Made by a program: the position numbers and the translations under genes. DNA of 64,000 bases from assembly GCA_000708835.1 (NCBI GenBank), contig DF237300.1:32245-96244 (forward strand), in the 5' to 3' direction. The notes beneath the pieces are model-generated. The model saw nothing but the letters and a program-made list of their open reading frames with translations, ran no database searches and was not told the origin of the DNA. Shown in pieces: positions 26,301 to 39,483 of the stretch. The stretch's first letter is position 1; each line of letters begins with the position of its first letter. Source of the stretch: Klebsormidium nitens. Lineage: Eukaryota > Plantae > Klebsormidiophyceae.

Positions 26301-29300
26301 GTTGGGGCCTGGATTTATTTTGCAAATAGCTTCTGCAGTGAAAGAGAGATTCAAACTATATTTCGCAGAAAGGGAGTCACCCAAGTACCCGCCGGTGCTT
26401 CCGTTCCCCCCCCAGGATGCAACAGCTGGGGCTGAAAAAGACGGGGTTAACAATCTTGCAACCGCGATATAAAGCTCGGGCCCGCCAAGAAGAATAGGGA
26501 GTGAGCTAAATACCGACTTTCGGATACCCAGATACACACAGCACGGCAGTTCACGGCTACGCAGCGGGAGCAACAAGGGAAATGCGACGTAGAGATGTAA
26601 TTGGGTTCACCACACATGTCTAGTCATGAAGAGCTCTCCTCCTAGTACAAAATCTTCATGCTCGAGGCGCTGAGTCTACAGAATGACAAAGATGGGAAAA
26701 TCAGCAAGGTCTGAAAAGAGCACTTTGGCAAGACATTGCACTGACGGCTATTGTACGACACGTAAAATATAACGTCTTTTTGCTTCGTCAGGGCACGTTC
26801 GTCAGGTTGTGTAATGTACAGCCTCTGAGGATCTCAAGTACCGCATACACCCACACACCCTGTGCAATCACGGCCAGCGCTAGATGTCGAATACGAGTCA
26901 CTTGACCGAACTCTGATCCGATTCGCAAATCGGGTCTGTTTGCCATTCAAAACGTACAAGAAAGCTCTTGGTGAGGAGGTGACATTCGCCCCACCGCCAG
27001 AATGGTCTGGCCAGGCAATCAGAGTACCAGATCTCCTCATGTCACAAATTTTGACATGCCACATCAGCAGAAGAGGGGTCGCATACTGAGAGATAATCAG
27101 CCACCTGCTCTTGTAAAAATGGATGCCCCGCGGGCAACAATCACTTGACAACGACGTCGTCCGAAGGCAACATTTCTAAAATGGGCGAGCCCAAGAATGC
27201 TCGTCATAGAAGTGTTGAGCTTCTTCTCCTCGTTGCTTGGAAGTTCCTCACAGCAATGTTTCGACCGAAGCTACCAACAAAAGCGATAGGGGCGCCTGTG
27301 TGCAAAATCCGTCGTTTGCACGACGAGGATCACACAACAGCTGAGTAAAGATCTTGCAATCTGTGAGCAGGTTACCCAAAAGTGCCGTCTAAGACGATGT
27401 GGGATCGCTATGTGCAACTTAGGAGCCTGCTTGAAAAAAATGATCGACCTTGGCACGGATGGTATGCACGAGGGGCAATTGAAACTGATCGTACGACTTC
27501 GGGATTCCTTATTCAGAAGACCAGGGGTCCCTTGAGAAGACTACGTTAACAGTCAGTGGAAGGCTCTGCTAGGCAAAGGCCTTGCACCGAAGTCCGAGAT
27601 CGAGTTCAACAGTCGTGCACGAATCAAAAGATGGACAGAACAACTTCCAACCTGAGTTCAATGGCGGGAAAACGCAAGTTGACAATCCTTCGTATGGTCG
27701 ACTGATCACCTCACGGAATCAGTTTTGTGGATGCGATTTGTCGGAGAAAGTTGCCTGGTTGGCGGCTATGGACGCGTCTAAGTTATCAGGTGCAAGCGCT
27801 AAGGAAGTAACGATTAACTCAGCGTCGAAACGAGTTCCTCCGCATTGGGTCGATGTCTCAAGGCTCACGTCCCGCTCCAAACCTGGGTGGGGAAGCCAGG
27901 ATTTGCAGCATCACTGCCAAAGATGAGTGATAGTAGACATAGCCCCACGCTAAACTTCCCTTTTCGCATAGGTCCCTTCCCTCCAACGAATCATAGAACG
28001 GGCGAGCTGCGCATACATTCGTCAACGGGACATACCGAGCAAGTACCTGAGTTGAATCTCAGTAGGTTCGATCGTGCAATTTCAATTTCAAGACTGCTCT
28101 ACCAGATGTTTCGCTGCAAACGATAGTGCAATCTGGGGCTCAATTGAAAATGACGCATCGAAGGGAGTCTTGAGTGTCATCAACGAGTGAGACAACATAA
28201 AAGAGCCAATTCACGGACGTGACAACGCGCAACTTCGAAGTTGGCGAAGCAGAGGCTCGTCGGAATCAGACATAGAAGATTTGAAGCAGGGGCGTTTACG
28301 AACAGGCGTTCGTGGCATTCAGTTTGAAGCTCGGAGAAACCTGTTGAGCTTATCAAGTCACCCATGTCTAAGCGTCTTCTTCGCCACAAACAGTCTGCAA
28401 GGCAATCCTAGTGAATGCAAGATTTATCAGCGTGCATAACTTCGATACAGTCAGGCAATGAAATCCAGATCATTATAACCTCTGCCATTTGAAACAACGT
28501 CACCCTTGTACTCTCTGCACCAGATACACTGCTAAACAGAAACAGGGCAGCCAATGATTGCCGAAAAGAAAGCACATGTGGGCCACGAACGCGCTGATTT
28601 GCAATCAGCACTTGTAAGACCTTTCTTCCCGACCCTTTCCCCAAACTCATAGTGGTGCCGAAAACAGCCCCCACGGATAATCGTCCCGGCCACGTTGTTC
28701 AGCTGATCGGCCGGGCTATTGAGCTAACAAGCATACGTAGAGCACGGAAGCATTGCATCAATCTGTTTAAAGTATTGCTACTAGCCAAGCAGGAGCTCTC
28801 ACGAGTAGCGCTCGATAGCACCACAGACAAGGGCCCAAACCCAAGTCGTTGAGAAGGGCCCAAACCCAAGTCGTTGAGCTGTTCATCCATTCTGACGGAC
28901 GGCCATACGAAAGCATGCTGGTTGAAGATAAAACAAGGAAGCGTTCGCACAGTAGAACAAAGGCAATTTCTCGAAAGTGAAAGTGTTATCCATTCAAAGT
29001 CCGGAAAATGATAGAAAATCGCAGGAAGAGACTTGTTTTTCAACCGGATGCTCTGTCTCTGACGAGACTGGACGACTGCGGAGGCAATGAGGGAGTTTGC
29101 AAAGGTGGAAAATTGTAAGGGGATTGTGCAGGCTATGCGCACCAAGAGTCTACTTCTAGGCGTGGCTTCACTCCATAGCCGGAAAAGCATGGGTTTTTCC
29201 CAAGAGGTTTTTGATCATAGCCACTATGATAACCAGAAACATAAACAAAAGGGACGACAAAGAAAGTGCGCAGGCCGAGAGCAAACGCCAGGTTTATTCG

Positions 29301-32300
29301 TTAACAAGCACTATCCCCAACAAACGACGTTTTGTTCACAGGGAACGTCGCCCTGAGCCAGATCTCGACTAGGTAGCGAAAAGGCCAGAGCCACTCTCAA
29401 CAGATCTAAAAAGCGAGCGGGAATCGCAAGAGAGTCATACTTGTCGAGAGCTCAAAACAAAGTCGAATGTTGCTCGCTCGTTTTTTTGGACGACTCTTAT
29501 TGGCGCAACGCCGCTGCTTTGAGCCGGGCATCCAAGCGCCCGAGGAGGTTGGCTTTCGAGAAGACTTATCGGACGAGTTGGTTTCGGTGCAAGGATCGTA
29601 GCATACGGAATTCTCGAAAAGCTTTGAAGGAGCAAACGAAGGACAGGGTACGGAGGGCAGAGAGATAACAAGCGACGCTAAAATATGATTACGGCAACGT
29701 TGCACCAGAACTGTAGGGCAAGGAGTCCCTGTGAGCTTCCCTCCACACGGTCCAGTCGGGTAAGTCGGAGCGCGGCATTGGGCAGTCGGAGGAGGCTCTG
29801 GTATCGGATTTCGAATTCGTTTAGTTAACACTTATGGAAAAGCTTGAGGTAACACTTCTGGAAAGCTTGAGGTCATCGGCAAGAAGATGGTCTCTGGCTC
29901 CATAACAAGCAAGCCTGATGTCCCCACGGACTAGAAGTGGGAAGGTCTCTGCTGCTAAAATCATGGCCACAGTGTCTAACGACTCAAATTATCCAAAAGG
30001 ACGGTATAAACGATTTTAAAGATAAGTACCGTGCAGAGGAGCGGCGAAAATGACGCCGTCGACTTTGCCGTCGACTTTTGTGTTAACAGGATGCGCAGTC
30101 CCCGCCTTCAAAGCGTCTCGACACAGGTGACCGCACAAACACCTCAGATTGAACGTTGGAGAAGTTCAACAGGAACGGTTCGTTCCTGGATATTCTAGGC
30201 GGTGCCTAGCAGATTATGAAAGCTATCAAAATCACCAGGAATTGGAGTGGAACTGCCCCGTTCTACAACAGCATCGTATGGACAGAACAGGTCCCCATTT
30301 CGAAAAAATGAGGATCTCTTGTGTCCTGAATCATGGCTTATGAGATCGACAGCAGAAGACTCAAAGTCGCAGCCCCAAAACAGGTGGGTGGGGCAGTCCG
30401 TAAGCCCTGACCGGAAATGAAGAGGCAGATGCATGTGACTGGCATCACTTCTGAAAGACGGGAAACTGCGGCGGAGCTCAGGCGCCAGCCAATTGTTCCA
30501 GAAGAGCAGAAATGAAAACAAGAAGGTCCAAGCATTAAGCAAGAAAGAGGACGACACTTCGGTCTGATGTTTTGCGAAGAAGAGCCGCAAGAAAGCCATG
30601 GGGTAAGGCTTCAGCAAAAAAGGTTTTCAACTATCTGTTTCCCAAGAAAGGAAGATCAAGTCATCAAAATAAAAGACTGACGACGCGTTTGGGCTTCGGG
30701 CACGTGCTGCCTGCTGACGTTGCAGTTTGACCAGACTACTGGCAATAGGCACGTGTTAGTGCCAAGCAAGGTAATACTGTTATATTTTTCGAGACAAAAG
30801 GATTCTACTTGGCTCGTGTGTTGCAGAGGAGCAACTTTCTTTTCTTGGCTCACATATCTCATAGCAATACTCCTCTTAAATTTCAGCAAAAAGAGGTGGA
30901 GAATTAATCATGGCCGAGGGCGGGATGTGAGATTAGAAAGGCCGGTTTGCACAGCCTTGAAAGGATTTATCAAGTCGAGTGCAGAAATGAACCTCCTAGG
31001 AGTTTCTAGGATTTCGCAAGTAGTCTACAGATTGAGCTGCTAGACACCGACATGGACATAGAGGCCTCAGTTGCCTGTCCACAACCGGATACCAGATCTT
31101 TCCGGGGCCTAGAGAGTTGCAGTAACTCGAATCGAGAACAAACTCTCAGCGAGCAAGCCCGCTCTTTCTAGTAAGCACGGGGAGTAAGCCCTCTCTGACG
31201 CAAGAATTCAAACATCACGACTGACCATCCGCCATAAGGTTAGCCGCAGTTGGCAGTGAAAGGTGAAACACGAACGCACCCACAGGACCCCAGCAAAAGG
31301 GACAAGAAGCAAATTTGATCCTTGGTCAGGACAAAACGTCGTACTCAGAAGAAAGCTTTTACCAAGAAGCAAAGCAAAAGAACTTTCATTCTACAGAAGG
31401 GAGGGCGCTCACCAACCCCAGAACGACCAGTCGGGCCACACGAGGTCGTAGTGCCGGTCCGAACCAACGTAGTTGAACAGCGCCGGGGGTGACGTCACGT
31501 TGACGTTGTAGTCCGCGCGCACGATTTGGGGGTCGTCGCAGCAAAACACCATGGCGTCCACGTCAGGGACCTGTGGACGGAGGATGGACTTGCGGTGAGA
31601 AGAGCTAGATTCCATCTCAGATTGGAAAATGAGATTCAAAACCATGATTTCAGAACCTTGATATGGCTGAGGGGTGATGCCGCTAGGGCGTGAAGAACTC
31701 TGGTCTGGGGGGTGATTGTGGCAGCATCAAGTGGCCTGCTGCGTCAAGGGCCTGGGAAAGAGAGTTGGAGTGTGGTTGGGGGCGAAGAGAGACTCGGGTT
31801 CGGGGGATTTCGTTGCAGCGGAATGGAACGGCCTTTTGCGTCAAGGCCTCACTGGTGATCATGGATTGGGTGAGGAGTGGAGATGCGGGAGGGGTGTGGG
31901 AATCTCTTTTCAAACAGTGAGCGCAGAGCTCCCATCGCCACATCACTGGTCAATTGGTGCAGTCCCTATCTGGGGCAGCCACCATTGTCGCGGGGCCCGA
32001 GTTTCTGATGAGCCACCCGTTCGCAACAGGCGAAGCCAGGTACTTCACCTGAGATGCACAAGGTTCGTAAGGTCCGCAAATGCTAACTCATCTTTTCCAT
32101 GTAGTGCAACTTTTGATTACGTCTATGGTGTGTAAAGAAGGGGTGGAATGGAGACCCCGAAGAAGGCTGCTCATGTTCTGGGTCACCCCTTGCAAGCATC
32201 AAAGCGGCTACAGGAGAAAGGTCGTGCAGCCGATTCTCCGATATCAGCGCATTCGTCTCCTGATTTCGACTGACGGTTCGAACAAACGACGAACAGTTCA

Positions 32301-33196
32301 CTAGAGAAGCAGAATGAGAGATACGCGGCTCACATGATCCGGGTAGCGCCGCACAAGCATCATGAGCGACCACATGAAGAAGGTCATGCGCCGGTAGTAA
32401 CACCCACGGAACCACTCAAACGAAAGTTCGCCCTTGATGATCTGCAGGGAGGCGTAGAACTTGAAGCACTGTCGATGCGAATCTGATCTCAAGTCGGTGG
32501 TAAGAGCTTGGTTGAACCAGAACGCAGTCCTGGTTTGCGCGGGATGAGTGATACCTTGTTCCTAGAAGTTCAGAGCATGCGAGGTGAGAAGCATGAGACA
32601 GATGTTTGAAGGGGTAGCTCTACATCTGTAGAGCATTCTTCAATGAGGTCTGGTGGCTTGGCCAACGTCAGTCGATTTGATTGCTTTCTGCTATGTTTTG
32701 TTTCACTCTTCACGACCAATGGCATCCACAACCATCGTTCAACATCTGCAATGCATGCTACACTGTTCCGCAGCTCTTCACTGATGAATTGCACAACCCA
32801 GAAGGTGAAAGAGCAGATTTATGGTTGATCTACTTTCAGTCGGCTGAGTCCCAAGAAGAAACAGCGCAAGAATTTTGTTTCTGCCCCTTTTAGAATCTCT
32901 TGGGACGCAATGAAGCTCTAATTCGAACTTACCTGGAACCGAAACGCCGCAAACTCCTTTGCATCTTCAATGTTCTGCAGCGAGATGCCCTCTGGCCAGA
33001 AGCGCAGGTCCGTCTCTGCGTTGCAGAACCAGGGGGGGCACTGCGACCTGCTCTTTGTCGCCCCCGGATAGATGTCGAAGTTTTTAAACGAGAGCTCAAC
33101 GAACTGGGAGGCTGTTGATGCAACGCGTGAAGACGCTTCGGCGATGAAGGAACGGCGGCCGGCGATGAAGAGGAAGATCTCGAGGAGCAGGATTTG
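23375..33196 (-). CDS. Glycosyltransferase family 90 (CAP10 domain, O-glucosyltransferase rumi/POGLUT-like); first exon not resolved
   Basis: Exons 33196-32933, 32441-32334, 31570-31413, 26180-25917, 25190-25083, 24558-24453, 23632-23375, phases consistent. Motifs CPPWF..ETDL.FW..GI, RRYPDHVPDVD, PDWSFWGWP, PWEDRVPRAFWKGN, CTHKYRMYVEGNTWSCSLKYILACGS, IYDYMLFML..YA.KL. A candidate first exon lies around 33519-33833. Confidence 0.9.
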
Positions 33197-34629
33197 CTGC
33201 GAAAAAACAACTTGTTTTTCATGAATTTATTATCGCTCTGTCCTTCTTCGTGTCCCTGTACTATCTAGCCGACCCCAAAATAGGCCCTGCAGCTCTGAAG
33301 GGGAGCTTTCTAGTATGCCTGTTTGTTTATGGTTTCCTAGGATCTATCGGTTGGCAAAGACTGCATTTGGGTGTCCACGGGCAACAAGCTAAACTGCTTG
33401 TTACACAAACAGGAATTCGAGTTTCCATCGCAATTGGTACCAGGTATGACTGATCAAATCACTGGAAGCTGCTTGGCGACGCTTGCGCTTGACTCGCGCA
33501 CCATTCAGTCAATCATACACAAGCAAAATCGAACGAAGTCACCACAGATCTCACGGGTGCGGTTCCAAAGGTTTTCTGGGGTGGTGTAGTAGGCAGGTAA
33601 ATCCAAATTGCGCAATTTGTCACTGTACAAATCCAAGGACTTTGTAGTGCACACAATAGTAAAGTGCGCCGATTTGGATAAATTCTGAAGAAGCGACTCA
33701 GCACTTTGTTGTGCAGGTTTGGTACGAGTGGTTTGCATGACAAAACTGGAAGAATTTGCAAACTAAGCACGACAGTGGTCCCAAATGCACTGATGCGTGC
33801 ACAATGAAGTGCAGCAATTGTGAAGCGTCCCATACGTCTTTCTTTCACCACCGGTCATCGAACTTCCGTGCATCCACCGGCTGAAAACTCTAAAGCCACT
33901 TTCGCTTCATGAGTAGACTTTTCATATCTTTCCAGAGAGAGTATTGGTTGGAAGAAAAGCAGAGGGAGTGTCGTGCTTGAGTCCGTTGTGCTCTAACTAT
34001 CAAAACATAGTATTCCACGAGTAGCATACTTAACACAGGAGAGAAAATAAGTCAATGTGGGGCAGACTCTGTCACATCATTGTACGATACTGCCGAAGTG
34101 GCCAACAACTCACCACAACTCCCAGAACAATTATGTTTCTCCGGGAGCACAGGGAATGCGGTAGCTTCCTCCTGACACCAAGGCCAGAGGAAGGAAAAGT
34201 CTGCATAGCGCCCGCTCGGCTGCAAGAACTTTTCAAAGTTTCAAAGTTCTACTAGATTTTCTTGAAGCCCAGGGCTGCTTCTCACCCACAGACAACATAA
34301 TGACGCGTTCCTGTTCTTTTGAGCAACAAGGAAACGTCGATTTTGGGAAAATCTGGATCAGATATGGAGCTCCTCGCTGCGCATGCTGCTATGCTTGCAT
34401 TGCAATAGCCAAGCTACAGCCTTGGTACAGCCTTCCTGGGCCTAAATGCAGCCTCAGGGCGCCTATCTGGCAGTGGCGCAAAACTATCAAGGTAGACTCC
34501 TTTTGTTAGTGTCTCCGCCACTCTGATTGGTGTGAAGTACTCTCAACCCACCTGGAAGCACCTGAAGTGTGACAATTATTGCAAGTTGTCGGTGGTTACG
34601 GGAGTGGTTACAACGTTGACAATGAGACT

Positions 34630-34668
34630 GACATCGACATTGACATCGACATCGACATTGACATTGAC
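34630..34668. repeat. Hexamer microsatellite (GACATY)6
   Basis: gacatc gacatt gacatc gacatc gacatt gacatt gac read directly. Confidence 0.9.
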
Positions 34669-35371
34669 CCCGGGGCACTAACTGTGACATTAGGGCTACG
34701 TTGCAAACCTGTGACGGTTCACGCCAACCGACGAGCGCTTTGTTAGGGTTACGCCAATTCCCAGTGACATTAGGGTTACTCACTAACTGTGACAGCCGGG
34801 CAGAGTTCTTTTAGTTTTAGTGTTGTAGGCCATTTATCCTGACCCGGTTCCATCCGTACTAGAATTTGTACCGCAATGTGTACGGTAAAACCTGACATTC
34901 TGACGCATTTTTGTTCGAAGGACCTGATCTGACAGTACGGTCCACGCGGATACCCTGTGAACCTATGATCCCGCGTGTAAGATGTTTTCACACGTTTTGG
35001 GAGCCTGAGACACTAACAAAAGGAGTCTACTTCGTTGTACTTGCGGCAGTGGCATGGTGGGCATGCTTGCTGGAACTGTGGCGATTGCCCGACCGTGCCC
35101 TGGGCCTCAGGCTTCATGAGCTCGGCCAGTCACAAGAACCGCCGAGCCTTATACAGGGGGATCGATTTCAGTCACGGAGGATGCCCCCTGAAATGATCGT
35201 TTCCGCCAGCCGTAAGAGCGAGGCGACGCCCAATTTATCTCGTCTTCAGGCCGTCCGATCGCCAGGCGTGCCCTAAAGATGTCATCTGCGGCAGCGAGCT
35301 TCCGGAAGCTAGCAGCGCGAGCAGGCTCAGCTGAGATCCAGAATCACCGCGTGCTTGAAGAAAGTTTACCC

Positions 35372-35560
35372 GTACATACAGGGGTGCGTACCGTCCTTGC
35401 TGCAGGTTACGTACTGTACGTACCACGTACGTACGACTCCGGAGCAGCTACGTACCTGGTTCAACGACGTACCTAGGCACGCGTACCTTCGTAGGTACTG
35501 AACTGTAGGGTCGATGTCGGCTTCGCGATTGGTCGAGCTGTACCTATCAGCGCCATGTAC
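35372..35560. promoter_or_regulatory. Dense cluster of 13 GTAC cores (candidate SBP-box/CRR1-SPL7-type element array) about 270-450 bp upstream of the UPF0114 ATG
   Basis: GTAC at 35372, 35388, 35411, 35416, 35420, 35427, 35431, 35452, 35469, 35483, 35495, 35540, 35557; fewer than one expected by chance in 189 bp. The function is inferred. Confidence 0.5.
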
Positions 35561-35827
35561 ACTTCTTGAAGTTTCAGCTGGTTCGCTTTTGCTGGGCTTT
35601 TGCCCTGTGCTGCTTCCCAGCCTTCTCCTTGGCTGTTGATCGCCAAACTAAAGTGTTGACTTCACGTCTTCAAAGCCTGCTTGATTATCTTGTTTAGTCT
35701 GGCAAAGTGCAATCAGCCCACTAGTGGTACCATGCGTCATCACCACTACAAAAGTTCCTAGAAGCAAGAAAGTTTCTACTCAAGTTCCAACCAACGCAGA
35801 ACCGTTTTCCTGTGATTTCTTCCAGGA

Positions 35828-38800
35828 ATGTCGACTCAGTCATTTGCTCGGGCCGCAAAGGCCGGGCTTCCGCCAGCAACATTGAACCTCGCCACCGCTC
35901 AACACCAACTAGTACAATCAACCACAGGTGGCGCCAAACCAGCTAGTTCTTTCTACAGAGCCAAGAACGGATGCCGATTAATCTTTTGTGGGGCGGACAG
36001 CCACAAGCGAAGAGCGTCTAGGAGGGGTTTACTGGCACCGGGAGCTTCGAGAACTGGATCTCATTGCTCAGATTATAGAGCCTGCAGTTCTCGTGCGCAT
36101 TTGACACCGGCGCTTGGCAGGAGCTCCAGGTTCGTTCCTAACGTGGCAAACCAGTGGCAATCGCGCAATGCTGAGAGGCGGAGAGCTAGTGTGAGGGCGC
36201 AGGCCAATGCCGCAACTGTAGTGTCAAATGAGGGTGGTGATGATCCAGACTTATATGAGATGACACCACTTGAGCCAGCTCAGCCCAAGCAGTCTGCACC
36301 CACGGCAGAAGAGCTGGCATTGGCGAGGGAGACAGTTCGCAGGCGGCGGGCCGCAGAGAAAATGGTTGAAACGGTACGACTTTCACTCTGAATTGATTGC
36401 CAAAAGAGTATCTGTCTAAGACTATTCAATGACAGGGCAGCCAGCAGAGCTTCACGATTAGTCCTCGCACAGTTCTTATGAAAGTAACCCCGGAAGCATT
36501 GCAGACTGTCTTGTGCAAGAGAGATGTCTTGTGCAAGAGAAATATGTAAGTCAGGGTAGCTTTCCACATGGTGGTAGGGGCTTGATTGTGAGTTTTGTTC
36601 TATTGACAACCTGGGCTCTGAAGAATTTCAAACGGTAGCCCTTCAACCAGACCTGTGTTGAGACTGCCCTCTTTGAATGTTCTTGACAAATCTAGGTTTT
36701 GATACCGTCTGCAAGTACTTGAATTCTGAGATCCAGCACGACGGGGGACAAGTGGTTCTCTGATATCATGTACGATGATGCTCTCATGGTTGTTGAGTAC
36801 CTTGGCATGGAGTCGCGGCAAAATCTTCTTTGTACCGCAGTCTTGTGAATGACTTTCACCGTCCCAAGTGCTTCGGCAGCTAAGAACAATGTGCAGTGCA
36901 GGTTTCTACCTTACAACATCTTTCTCAGAAAGAGCGATGCTCGTACAAGGACGAGCATGTGCTGTCCCATCTTGGAAAACTAACAATTGTGACGATTGGG
37001 CTTGCAGATGATCGTCAATTGCCGCTTCTTCACGCTTGCTGGCGTTGTTGGGTCGCTCACTGGATCCCTCCTCTGCTTTCTCAAGGTAAGCCAAGGACCG
37101 CACTTTAATGATGGGGCGTCATGGCCAAACTTGGAAAATTTGATATAGAATTCCAGATTCTGTTTGTTCCTGGCTGCCCTTTATCTTTCTTGCTTGTGTT
37201 GGAAAAAGCGGCTTTGCTGGCAGAGGATTGGATGCTGCTCGTAAAGTCAGGAGTAATTTTCAGGTCGACAGTGTACGATCAGCAAGCCATGATTCTTATC
37301 CAAAACTTGATGAGCTGTGGCCTGTGCATCCAGTCTCTTCAGCGGACTGAGGCGCTTTGCTGCTCATCAGAGATTTGGTCATTTCCATTGGCTCTTGATT
37401 TCAACTTCATCTACGAATGAAACCTTCGGTTAAGAGGCCACGTGACCAGCGGCTAACCGGGGGCTAACCGGGGATGATTAAAGCGTTCTTTCGTGTTGTT
37501 CCTACAGGGAAGTTACTACGTCAGCGCGGCTGTCGTTGGCTACGTCATGATGCTGCTTGAGATGCCGAACCGGTGTAAAGTGGTTTTGAAGCTGATTGAG
37601 GCGCTGGGTAAGATCATCAATCCTCCTTCCTAGAGAGTTTGCGTTTGACTGACGCTCTCAAGATCTTGATATTCATTGTCAATCCGAGATTGCTGTTAAT
37701 GCTTTCGAAGAGATTGAGTGCTCTTCCCTGCTGTACGACGAGGGAATTTGGTGGCACTGTTCTTCAAAACCTTTGTGTAGACGAGCTTTAGACGCATCAG
37801 GTGGAACTCAGCAGAATACAAGTGTTTCAGCCCTCCCTGCCGCAAACTTCTATATTCGGGAATCGGACGATCGCTGGTGCTTCTATCCGCGTTTCGCTAG
37901 GTCTCAAGCAGGTTCAACAAAAGGAGTCTGCCGGAGGATGCCTGCAAATCAGCCCACGAAAGTTTTTGAAGCTTTTATAAGAAACCCATCGTTACCTCGC
38001 GATGAATGTGTACTAACAGCTTCTAGCCCGTTCCTTTTTGCAGATACCTACCTGGTCGGAACCGTGATGCTCATCTTTGGCATGGGGTAAGGCGTCAGCG
38101 CTTGAATCAGTGTTCTTTGTACAGCAGTTAAAACCGTCGCCCCGAAAGGCTAAGGCCACTGAGTCTCTCTGTAGGGCCCTCACCTCACTATAATCTGAGA
38201 TGGTCTAAGATGCGCGCACAATGTTTTCTTGTAAGTCACAAGCAAACAAAAAATGTCTTGCCAGCTCTTCGACAGGGGCTAAGGAGTGCCATTATGTGAA
38301 CCGGGGCCGACGCTAATTTCCGGTGGCTCACTCTCTGAAATGCTGTTTCGACTTGGCCGGATACTATCGAGGCTTCGTCTCGAATTGTCACCTTGCGAAC
38401 AGACTGCGACTGGTGTCTGCATGCCCCAAACTCAATCCGAGATGCGTTGCACCAGAGATGGCCCCTTTGGAAGAGCCTGTAAAATTTTCACAAAATCTCG
38501 GATAACTGACGAATAAGCAACGAAACTAAGGATTAGCGAGATATCCCCTTTTGACCACAAGCTTTGTACCGTTCTAGACGGGCAAGCAATGCTTTTCAAA
38601 AAGAAACGACGAGCACAACCTGGTGATTGATTGGTTCTACATCTCCGCTTCAGGTTGTACGAGCTGTTCGTGATGAAGCTGGACGGGGCGGTAGGGCCAG
38701 AGTCCGGGTCGACCCTCTTCGGGCTATTCCCGCTTGAAGTAAGTCACTCTGTTTTGTCTTTCTCCTTCTAATCAGCGTTTTATTATGTATACTTCCTTGC

Positions 38801-39483
38801 GTGGACTCGCCCACGTTCAGAATCACCTTTCTGAGGCCGGGTTTTGTGGTTTCTTGACGTTCTGTTCTGAACGACGTTTCCGCTCAAGGGGACCTTCTAA
38901 CCCACACTTCGGGTTCGCCCACGACGAGCAAGCTTTTGAAATGCTTCACGAACAGCAATCTCATTCTCTGAAAAGCCTTGTGTACATGACGTCACGGCCT
39001 GCGAAGCGCCTGGTTGACAGGCACGAGCAAACTAGTCAACGAGATCTGAGGACCTTCTAAACCTCAACAATGTCCTAAACACAGTATATGAGCGCCTCGA
39101 TCCGATATCACTCTCTTTCACTCGGAGATTCAGAGACATTGCTGTTCAATCAGGCGAATCCAGCCATGTGCTCCGGTACATCGCCCCCTTAAGCCCTCAT
39201 TACAGAGCTAACCTTGGGTTATTCCGGGTTTCTTTTTCTGCAGAAACGCCCCGCGTGGCTGGCGATCAAGGGCCTGGACGACCTGAAAACCAAGCTCGGC
39301 CACGTCATTGTGATGATCCTGCTAGTGGGCATGTTCGAAAAGTCCAAGATTGTACAGCCCACGTGCTCTTTGGACCTGTTCCTAACCGCGGGATCGGTTC
39401 TGCTATGCGCCGGGAGCTTGTTCCTGCTCAGCCGCCTTAAACCCGACGCTAAACCCGGCGCCGAAACCGCTGGTTTGCATTGA
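35828..39483 (+). CDS. UPF0114 (YqhA-like) membrane protein with a long, probably plastid-targeting N-terminal extension
   Basis: Exons 35828-36373, 37008-37085, 37508-37607, 38044-38086, 38654-38738, 39244-39483, phases consistent. Motifs CRFFTLAGVVGSLTGSLLCFLKG, LKLIEALDTYLVGTVMLIFGMGLYELF, RPAWLAIKGLDDLKTKLGHVIVMILLVGMFEKSK. Confidence 0.9.

Noticed and set aside
33519-33833. Candidate first exon of the GT90 gene (MGRFTIAALHC..FAC|gtatga)
   Set aside because: The phase fits but there is no recognisable homology and other frames are equally plausible, so it is left out of the gene model.
36518-36553. Short perfect tandem duplications of about 10-27 bp (also near 11233, 17312, 19775, 37451)
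   Set aside because: Ordinary slippage products with no evident function.
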